Shown here: piece by piece, positions 238,400 through 248,000 of the stretch
Layout of the letters: every line of letters starts with the position of its first letter
How positions within the stretch are numbered: the first letter of the stretch is position 1
Assembly: GCA_029953675.1 (NCBI GenBank)
Contig: JAMWBK010000001.1
Coordinates: forward strand, 1,260,001-1,508,000
DNA length: 248,000 bases
From: Rhodosorus marinus CCMP1338
Taxonomy: Eukaryota; Plantae; Rhodophyta
Direction: 5' to 3'
Program-made: the position numbers and the translations under genes
Notes under the pieces: model-generated
Database searches by the model: none
What the model saw: only the letters and a program-made list of their open reading frames with translations
Told to the model about the DNA's origin: nothing

Positions 238400-239340
238400 T
238401 CCAGTTGAATGTGCGGTTTGAGATGGACCCAGATGTTTTCCTCACATTTCTCGCCCTCTCTCGACACATGCGCAACACAGGTCGTGACTGGAAGCTCTAC
238501 TGGCTCGTGTGGTTGCCAAGTACAGAATTGCACTTCTTCAACCTGTCAGGGACCCGATTGTGAACCATTCGATGGCGTGATAGGAGAGACATGCGAATCA
238601 GAAACCGGCGTGAGTCGAAAATCTTCTAGTCGAAATATTCGATATCCAAAGTGATCGTCCCCTTTGACGCTTGTCCTGTTCTTAAACACCCGAGTGCAGA
238701 TCATCAAAATTCTTCCAGACGGTAGTTGCAAGTGTGAAAAGATTTGTAAGACGATCAACTGCGGCGACGGACAGGAAGATTGCACAGAGGAAGATTTCAT
238801 AGCAATTGTTGGCGATGTATGCTTTTCAAGCGGAGTGGGGGTTAGTGGATTTCTGGATTTTCAGACGCAAACGCTTGAGAATTAGACGGCTAACTTTCCT
238901 CTATATACTTTCCAACCAGGTCCTAGAACCTTCTTCAGATGTCGATGGTGAGTGTGACTGCGTTTCGATAACTTCGACAACCTGCGTTTTTGAGAGCGGA
239001 ACGCGGCTACCGCAGGCGGAGTTTCTAACGGGCGTGGCCGCTGGCAGTCCCGGCGATTCATGTACTGTATCCAGCGCACTCGGGGTAGGGAAGAAATTCG
239101 ACAAACTCCGACCTCGACAGCCTTTCGAAATGTGCTCACCTGCAAAGTACGATGCTTGGCGAACAGGTGGTCACCGGTGAGAATTCTGATCCTTTTTGCT
239201 TGTGCGAGCCGTTGTGTAAGGAAACATGCTTCCCAGTAGGTTGTGATACCTCATACGGTGTGTGCGACCCTGAGGCGCCCAACACAGTTGTCGGTGCGCG
239301 ATGTATCACAAGCTCTGAATCACATGGGGTAAGTGTATGA
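238400..239340 (+). pseudogene. Cys-rich (EGF-like spacing) coding remnant, duplicated at 245800-246506
   Basis: CGCQVQNC, CKCEKICKTINCG, CDCVS, CLCEPLCKETC fragments interrupted by stops and frameshifts. Confidence 0.65.
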
Positions 239341-240129
239341 ATATGACGATAGGTGCTGCCCAGTATAACAATCTACGATTTTTTTCCGGCCATATTGCTC
239401 TTTTGCTGCACATCGTGCCTAGTGCTCCCCGGCTAAAGCGCTCGTATGTCCTTTTCATTGGAATTTAGACCTACAAGTATGTATCAGGATCGAGCGGTTT
239501 TTGTGAGTGTGTTTCATCGGGATAGTTTCGCAAACTCCAGATTCGGGCAGGGAAGATGGGACAACGATCATAACGCGGACGATGACTCAAAAGAGTCCAG
239601 CGCCTCATAATCTACAGGAGTTGCCGTAAACGTAGCTCATGAGTTATACAAATAGAATGACTAGTTGCGTAGCGATGCGCAGATCGTTGTTTATCCGCTT
239701 AAGTTTCCTGCTGTGGCGCATGAATGCCGCTTTGATGTTGGAGGCGCGAGTTCTTCGCCGCACTTAGTCTTTTTTTCCCCTCGGGTTTTTTTTTTTCAGC
239801 CTCCGATTAAACCATTCGTCGTCGTCGATCGATGCGGTTGCACGTAGTCGCCAGTAAAAACTAGTTGGGGGTTTTGAGATGTTTTTCGGTTGCAATTTGA
239901 TCCATATTTGGTCCGAGAGTGTTCTTCGTAGAAGGCGCACCTTCTGACTGCCTTCCCCCGGCTTTTTTCGGGTTTTGTTGCCTGTTGATGGTGAATCCTA
240001 CCTTCTTACCTTCGGGTTCGATCCTGGGTTTTCGGTCTTGTGGCGTTAGGTTGTGGGGTTTTTTTGGTCGGGTTCCGTTTCATAACATATTTTCGTGATG
240101 GCCGGGGTCCCTCCGCTCTCCACTCCCGA

Positions 240130-242020
240130 GGGCGCGGAGATCGCGCAGTAGATTCCGACTTTCAAAATCACCCTTACGTCTACGCGTCTCATACGTTCAC
240201 TACTTTGAAAGAGTGCCAAGACCTCCTCCCCAAGGGTTTGTGGCTCAGTACAGGGTGAGCAATGACCTCTCGGAGGCGATTCGTAGCTCGAAGAAGTTCA
240301 TTCTCGGAGGATACGTGAATGGAAATTGTACGCAAGTTAGCACAGCAGAGGACAACGTTTGCATTACTCATTCGGATCATACGATGGGAGGAATAATATC
240401 GGACCCGCAGGGACGAATTTGGATATCGGTAGGGGACTACGCGCGTGCGGACGATTTTGACAGGCCGAACGCGATGAGGGCTCAGGACGTCGACAGTCTG
240501 TACGGGAAGGTCCTCAGGGTAGATCGGAGTGGTAAAGGCCTACAAACCAACCCCTACTATGACGGTAATCCGGATGCGAACCGGTCAAAGGTGATGGCTT
240601 TGGGCCTTCGCAACCCATGGAACATCCATTGGGACGCTGAGCTTGGTACTCCATGGGTCGGTGATGTTGGAGAGATAACCCTGGAAGAGTTCAATCTGGT
240701 TCAACCGGGTGCGAACTTCGGGTGGCCATGCAGGGAGGCAGAGCTTGATCGCTTTCAGTTTGGCATCTTCGACGAGTGCATTGATCTGTTCAACAATATC
240801 CCGCCATCCTCGGGGGCCGTATGTGGGTACGAAAGTGAATCCAAAACTAAGCTACTCCCACCAGGAAGGTTCTGCGATTACTGCCGCATTGAGAGTCAAC
240901 GTCGAGGGTTGGCCTGACGCTTTCAACAACGCCGTGTACTACTGCGACTATTCCGGAAACTGGATACGGTACGTCAAGGTAGACGACGTCGGTAACGTGG
241001 TTTCTGCGCCTCTCGAGCTCGCCACAGGGGTCCCCGGACCGATCAACCTTCGACCGGGAAGCGACGGATGTCTTTACTACCTGGCTCTCGCTTCCAGTCA
241101 GATAGGCAGGATCTGTTACAGGGAGAATAATTCGCCGCCGGAGGTGGTTGGAATCGTACCGCCGCATGGGTTCATGGGCGTGGCTAGGTCGACGTTGGTT
241201 GAGGTGGCTGTAAGCAAGAAGGTGACCCCGGACTCGGCACAAGCGGCTATAGTTGTGGTAGAGACTGTATCCGGGGATGTTGTCGCAGGCCATGTGGAGC
241301 GGGATGACGTTAGGAACATTCTTACCTTTGTTCCAAGCGAGTTGCTGAAGGAGGACGCGCAATATACTGTGACTGTTTCTGGGTTGGTCGACTGGAAAAA
241401 TCTCTCCATGATAGGCGGGCTGACGAGTACTTTTTATACGGGCAGAGGGTTCGTCAAGTATGTTTCCGACCTTGCCCTGTCCGTGGATCCTACGCCCGAA
241501 TCGGTTTTCCGTGACACGGCGATTGATGGCGTGACTCCTATACTGATTCGCGGCAGGCGATTCAGAAAGGGCTTGAGTTTCGTCCCTGTTGCGCAAGTGG
241601 AGGTTCAAGTCCCCGCTGACTGCACGTCGATCGAAGGTTTCTACGGGATGGACGACACTGCAAGGTGGATCCTAGCGGGCGCACTCATCTTTACGATCGC
241701 TGTGGATGGCAGAATTGTGTACGACTCAGCCGTGGATGGACTCGGATTCCCCAGCAGAAAGTTCGATCCTGCGACCTTCTTCAATATGGATGTCGAGAGC
241801 GGGAGCACCTTGACGCTGGGAGGCGACTTTGGACGGAGACACGAGAATCAAGAAGACAATCGCGGAGCGTGGGCCGATGTCAAGTTTCGCTGAGGGAACA
241901 TAGACTACCAAAGGTAGAGTCCCTCGAGCCTGCTGACGGTGCGACTACTTCAATCGACCCGGTGATTCGCATTGCGTTGGACGCGCAAGCGCTGGTGCGC
242001 GGAACTGAATCGAGAGCTAT
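240130..242020 (+). pseudogene. GSDH-Ig-NPCBM pseudogene (5' and 3' truncated, frameshifted), closest to copy 2
   Basis: ORFs 240213..240917 and 240709..241893. Confidence 0.88.
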
Positions 242021-242199
242021 GCCGAGGTACGGCTCACTTGGCGATTCATGCCTTGCGCAAAGATAGTCATGTTCGGACGCTGTTCCCTATAGAAAGTAGT
242101 CTTCCACCCCACGTTGGAATAAACGGAAACAGTAAAACACATTTCCTAGTTCTTAGTTCCTTTGTCACGCCTTGCGTAGCGCTGGGGGTTAAGTAGACG

Positions 242200-244280
242200 A
242201 CTAGGATCGGGATTGGATTGGGAAGAAGTGGGGTTTTGAATCTTTTTCGGTCGCGAGCGTGTTCGTTTGTGGGTAGGGTTTCCTCTGGTAGTCCTTCCTC
242301 CTGCTTTTCCGGGGTGTGTCGCTTCTACTGCAACTTTCTCTCCCTCTCGTGGGGGTGCGTTGAGGAGATTTCCCCCTTTGGGTTGGGTGTGGTCAATTAT
242401 TCTCTACGTGAGGTTTTTTTGGCGATGCAACGTTTCCTTTGCACATCCTCTCAGGATGGTAGGGTATCTCCGAGCTCGACGGAGCCCCATAACGAGGAGG
242501 CACTGCCAGGTGGTGGACTCAGTGTTCGCCTCAGATGCGCGACCTCTAAGAGAGCCCCCGGAGGGAGAAAAGCGATTTTATGAGCGGAATAGCCCCGGGC
242601 ACCTTCTCTTCAGAGGTTGACTTGGAGGGCGCTTCTGGCACCCAGGTGCGTGCACTGTCTCAGCTGTCACCAGCCTGATCACGGCTGCGGGTGATCGAGT
242701 CGTGCTACCCCAGCTAAACCAGGGGCTCGGCTCGCTGGAATCGGGACTGGTTTCTTGGTGAAATTCAAACCCGAGTGATAGTTTGAATCTCAGAGTTGCA
242801 GCGGTTGCTGAAGGCAGTCAAAATCTTGCGGTCAGTCAAAAATGAACCTGTCCCGGGACAAGCGAGGGCGGTTAGGCCAGAGTGGGACAATGCGGTGTTG
242901 GGAAGTGGAACTCGGGGCCAAAACGAGCTTCAAGCGCTCGGGAACCGGACGCAACGGCGGTGGTGATTGTGAGGCAACCGGGTTGGCTGCGAATGAAGCT
243001 GTGTCTCCAGGCTTAGCAACCTTATCATCTGGAGCGGACTTCCCGGTCGTTGGCAGGCCCCGTGCGGGTCAACCGCCTCGGGCCCAGGCTGGTGTAAGTA
243101 ATCGCCCCAAGGCGGGGCCATCGTACAGTTCGGCGCTGCGGAAGGGCACCACTGCCGCCCGTACGGCGGCAATGACACGCTATTTGCCTCATAGGGAGCC
243201 TAAGGTTGGAACCACGGAAATCACTTCGCAATTTGTCTGGGTGCGGAACGTTCGGCCGCAGACAACCCGTGGGCAGGTGCCGAACATGCGCGATTTCCGC
243301 AAAACTTTCGCGGAATCCTTTGGCTGTAGTCGGGAAGAATTTATCTTTGCCAACTAGGAGGGTCGGGACGTTCGTTTGCTGCTCACAGCGAACACTTTGG
243401 GCTCACGTCGCGAGGATTTCATCTTTGCCAATACTGAGGGTCGAGACGGCTTGTTCATCGTCACTGCGAACGCGGCCACCTACCTCCAGGCATTACTGGC
243501 CAAGCCCACCGAATAGTGGCCTGAGAGCTCCCGCTGGTTGCATTCTCACCCTCAGGTCGCCCTTTTTTTCGCGTTCGACCGTTTCTCGGAACAATATCTG
243601 TCCCTGGGATAGACTGAAGGGCTCTCGGAGCAGGAGCGCAGCGTGAAGGCGACATCTATCCACTGACTGCGCATTCGACGCATGGAGAGGATCTTGTTGG
243701 AGAGGTTCCAGTCAGGGCCTCGTCACCTGCGCACAGACGTGGAGGCAGATCCCTCCAACACCCCCAGCCTCCATAGCTCTGCCTGGTCCTGCGAGGTCGG
243801 CACAAGGACGTATCGACCCTCAGTACTGGCAAAGATGAAATCCTCGCGACGACAGCCCAAAGATTCTCAAAAATTGTTCCGAAAATCGCGCATACTCGGA
243901 ACCTGGCCCTGGGTTGTCTGGGGCGTAAAGTTCCTCACCCAGACGAACTGCAAAAAAGTTTCGGGGGTGCCTACAACCCCAGACTACGGAACCTACAACC
244001 TCAAACTACGGGGTTAAACTACGAGACTCTCGCCCATGCCGATCGGCCGGAGACGCGGGTCGCCGGCTGGTGGTCGGCTTTCGTGAACAAACAAAGCTGT
244101 GCCCGTCGCAGTTGATCCCAGTGGGCACTCGCACTCCCTGCGCCCTGGAACAGCGTATTGAGTGTCTTCACCAGTGCGTTCTCGCCAAGTTTGCTCAAGG
244201 CCTGCAATAATTCCGTTATTAGCCCGGAGGGTCCAGGGCAGCGTCCACGACGGGAGGTCCGGAGAAAATCCTCCAAAACA
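242200..244280. mobile_element. Degenerate A/D-type element: ORF1 (plus) then inverted RT fragment
   Basis: WVRNVRPQTTRGQVP; minus-strand RRGRCPGPSGL..RPIGM. Confidence 0.75.
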
Positions 244281-245029
244281 GATTCTGGGTTTAAGTGGCT
244301 TTCTGAGCTGCAAACTCGGCGAAGGTTGGCCTTGTAGGGCCCTCCCCGATGGCTGGGAATGTCTCCGCATAGTGTCCTAGATCCCGGACACCTGTCCCTC
244401 CCCGGGGCGCGGGGAGCCGGGTTCCTAAATCATGGACGTCATAACTTCCTGGCAGTCGACCGTTACGGTAACGGGTTTCGGGGGCGAGGTGGTTGCCTAC
244501 GGCCTGTCGCGGGAGATCAGGCGGATATGGTGCAGAATTCGTAGTAGCGGCTCCACCTTCCCACATACCCGGTTTCCGGGACAACTCCGTAAGGCGTCCG
244601 GTGACGCCTTGCAGCTCTTGCGAGCTGTTGACCGGTGAGTACAGTTGAAAAACTGCTTTGTAGAAGTCTGTAATTTCGGACGCAGCGATGCCCAGGTCCT
244701 GGTAGCATCTGTCGAAGCTACGCAGTTGATGCAAGAATGTGGCTGCCGGGTCGGTTGCGGCTGCAGACTCGGTCCACGTTCTTGCTTGAACATCGCCTGC
244801 TTGTGGTTCCGTCGGTGCCTCCTGTACGTCGCCATCAGACTGGTGCTGGTGCCTTTACAAACCTTCCCAGGTGCCCAAGGGGTCCGGGCCCTGAATGACA
244901 AGAGGTTCGGGGTACGGCCCGCGTACCTCCCTCACAATCATCTTCGGACTCTCTTACGAACTTTTCCTTTTGTCTTCCTTACGAACTTTTCCTTTTGTCT
245001 TCCTTACGAACTTTTCCTTTTGTCTTCCC

Positions 245030-245821
245030 CCCAGACTAACGTAACCGTAAGCTTTACTGGGCAGCTGCCTACTGCAGCGCAACACTACGTCTAATCCTAT
245101 CTAGGGAGAAACTTATGGGAACCTCGCTACCGGGGTCTCATGCTACGTTCAAAAGAAAAAACAGGCACCAGCGGATTCTCCAACTGGTCCACGCGCAAAG
245201 CGCCTAGTGCTATCTCTGCATTACCTCGCCATCGTTGCCGTTTTATCTGGGATCTCACATCTCTCAGCTCCTCACTCCTGTGCAGTAAGTGTTTGCAGCT
245301 GTCGCGGAGAACTCCTGCGCCATTTGCCCCGTACGCCCAAACGTCTTTATCGCTATCGGGATGAACTTGTCATCCGGTTTCTCGATCACCATCGCTTCCT
245401 TGTAGTGAGCGATTTTCCACTTCTCCGCAGCTCTCGCCGCGTATCCGCTATCATCTTGGCTCCGCCGCAAATATTTTCCCTGTAATGGTGACACCACAGT
245501 TACATCCAGCGCATACCTTTGTTTGGTCCTCGGATGCCTAGCAACGATATCAGGTCGCAGTCCGTAGTTCTCGAAGTACCCCTCAGGTTCTTGCTCTACG
245601 TCCATGAAGTTCCATCGCCTCAGCCACCGTGCCAACTCTCTGCAGATTTCGTCGTGCCTACGTTGCCACAGTCCAGTTGATGTTGGGCAATGATGAAACC
245701 GTTGTACCCCAGTCCTTCCGTGTTTACTCTGGCAACTAGTGCACTTCTCGGTGGTCCGCAATCCCGGAATTGGCAGCCCCAGCAGTTGTCGAACGTTTAC
245801 CTGCATCTCAACCGCACTCAA
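245030..245821 (-). mobile_element. Family C 3' fragment preceded by 25-bp repeat x3
   Basis: ORF 245264..245821; ccccagactaacgtaaccgtaagc tail; acgaacttttccttttgtcttcctt x3 at 244955-245030. Confidence 0.85.
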
Positions 245822-246879
245822 TTTTTTCGGTGTCAGCGTTGGGATTTCACGCAGCCAGACTCCCGACCCGGGACGGTAGTTGCAAATGTAAAAAGATTTG
245901 TGAGACGATCAACTGCGGCGACGGACAGGAAGAATGCACAGAGGGAGAGTACATAGCAATTGTTGGCGATGTATGCTCTACAAGCGCGGGAGTGGGGGTT
246001 AGTGGATTTCTGGATTGTCAGACACAAACGCTTGAGAATTAGACGGCTAACTTTCCTCTGTATACTTTCCAACCAGGTCCTAGAACCTTCTTCAGATGTC
246101 GATCGTGAGTGTGACTGCGTTTCGGTAACTTCGACAACCTGCGTTTTCCATAACGGAATGCGGCTACCGCAGGCGGAGTTTCAAACGGGCGTGACCGCTG
246201 GCAGTCCCGGCGATGCATGTGCTGTATCCAGCGCCCTCGGGGTAGGGAAGAAAGTCGACAAAGTCGGACCTCGACAGCCTTTCGAACTGTGCTCACCTGC
246301 AATGTACGATGCTTGGCGAACAGGTTGTCACCGGGGGTGAGGATTTTGACATGTTTTGCTTGTGCGAGCCGTTGTGCAAGGAAACATGCTTCCCAGTAGG
246401 TTGTGATACCTCATACGGTGTGTGCGACCCTGAGGCGCCCAACACAGTTGTCGGTGCGCGATGTATCACAAGCTCTGAATCACATGGGGTAAGTGTATGT
246501 ATATGACGATAGGCGCTGCCCGGTATAACAATCTACGATTTTTTTCTGGCCATATTGCTCTTTTGCTGCACATCGCGCATAGTGCTCTCCGGCTAAAGCG
246601 CTCGTATGTCCTTTTCATTGGAATTTAGACCTACAAGTATGTATCAGGATCGAGCGGTTTTTGTGAGTGTGTTTCATCGGGCTAGTTTCGCAAACTCCAG
246701 ATTCGGGCAGGGAAGATGAACTTGATAAATCAGAGGACAACGGTCATAACGCGGACGATGACTCAGAGTCCCAGCGCCTCATAATCTACAAGAGTTGCCA
246801 TAAACGTAGCTCATGAGTTATACAAATAGAATGAGTAGTTGTGTAGCGATGCGCAGATCGATGCGGTTGAACGTGGTGG

Positions 246880-248000
246880 CCAGTAAAAACTAGTTGGGGT
246901 TTTTGAGATGTTTTTCGGTTGCAATTTGAGCCATATTTGATCCGAGAGTGTTCTTCGTAGAAGGCGCACCTTCTGACTGCCCTTCCCCCGGCTTTTTTCG
247001 GGTTTTGTTGTCTGTTGCTGGGGAATCTTGCCTTCTTACCTTCTGGCGGGTTCGATCCGGGGTTTTCGGTCTTGTGGCGTTGGGTTGTGGGGTTTTTTTG
247101 GTCGGGTTCCGTTTCATAACATATTTTCGTGATGGCCGGGGTCCCTCCCGAGGATGCGGAGATCGCGCGGGCAGAGGTGTCCGTAAGGGGGTGGACACCG
247201 TGTGTCTCTCAGCTCGGGCCCTTTCTCCACGCAGGTGGTGTTGCAGGGTGCCTCTGGCACGCAAGTGCGTGCCCTACTCTCCGCGGTCACCAGTCTGATC
247301 ACCGCGGGTGATCGAGGGGTCCTTCCCCAGCTAACCCAGAAGCTCGGTGGGCTGGAATCGGGCCTACTTTCGGAAATCAAATTCGGGCGGTGATTTGAAT
247401 TCCACCGGTGTGTCAACGTTGGTTCAAGGCAGTCAACATCCGCAGGACAGTCAAAATAAACCTATCCCGGGACAGGCGAGGGCAACTGCGGGAGTGCGTT
247501 GTGGGGGCGTGGGCAAAAGGGCCAAACAGAGCTTCCGCGCTCCGGAACAGTGGGCAACGGCGGTGGTCGTTGTGAGTCCACTGGTTTCGAAGAACGTGAA
247601 GCGATGTCGGCTCCCTTAGCACTTCAAACATCAGGTGAGAACTTCCCGGTCCTGGGCAGGCCCTTTGTTGGCCAGCCTCGGGCCCAAGATGGAGTGAGTG
247701 ATCGGCCCAAGGCGTGACACTAGTACATAACGGCGCTCTGGAAGGGCACCACTGCCGCCCGTACGGCGGCTATGCTATGGTATTTGCACGCTAAAGAGCC
247801 TACAGGTGGACCGTCAGAAGTGCGACCCCCTAACGTAACCCCCAGACCCCCAGACGAACAGTTTGCTGTTCGTCTGGGTGCGCAACGTTAGGCCCCAGAC
247901 TACCCGGGGCCAGGTTCCGAGTTTGTGCGATTTTCGGAACGTTTTTGCAGAATCCTTGAGCTGTCCTCGAGAGGACTTCATCTTTGCCAATACTAAGGGT
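246880..248000 (+). mobile_element. Family D 5' UTR and decayed ORF1, running off the window end
   Basis: MAGVPPEDAE..VVLQGASGTQVRALLSAVTSL; FVWVRNVRPQTTRGQVP. Confidence 0.75.

Noticed and set aside
247040-247070. B-box-like GGTTCGATCC in the family D 5' UTR (possible tRNA or Pol III promoter)
   Set aside because: No A-box or cloverleaf could be built
1-248000. Canonical telomere arrays, rRNA or tRNA genes
   Set aside because: No tandem TTAGGG-type tract and no recognisable rRNA or tRNA sequence seen by eye; a covariance-model scan would be needed to exclude tRNAs

Overview
Eukaryotic nuclear DNA, most plausibly from a red alga. This is an inference from short GT-AG introns, mostly intron-free genes and a decayed plastid-type ycf39 fragment. 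The window is repeat-saturated and lacks core housekeeping genes (one SDR aside). It has two intermixed components. (1) Host genes, almost all encoding secreted proteins in expanded families: 6 intact and 2 broken large PQQ-type sugar dehydrogenase (GSDH beta-propeller)/Ig-like/NPCBM proteins of bacterial architecture; 6 intact secreted Cys-domain proteins with RTX-like Ca-binding repeats; 3 germin-like proteins; and several Cys-rich, repeat-rich or unknown secreted proteins. (2) A dense, nested population of two-ORF non-LTR retrotransposons with RT (YHDD motif), a CCHC finger and a restriction-like endonuclease, resembling the CRE/Cnl1/MoTeR type. I label them families A, B, C and D, and A, B and C each end in their own simple-repeat tail. 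Decayed Copia and Gypsy/chromovirus LTR elements, hAT-like MITEs, a ~790-bp palindrome and segmental duplications are also present. The most notable sequence-level observations are these: tail-derived tags inside the TSDs at retroelement 5' junctions, including a tail from a different family; tail-only micro-insertions; a shared non-Met primer-binding site in Copia and Gypsy elements; and the diversified GSDH-NPCBM and RTX secreted families. No rRNA, tRNA gene or CRISPR array could be supported. Element boundaries are read by eye and approximate unless a TSD or LTR end is quoted. Family assignments come from motif recognition, not database searches.
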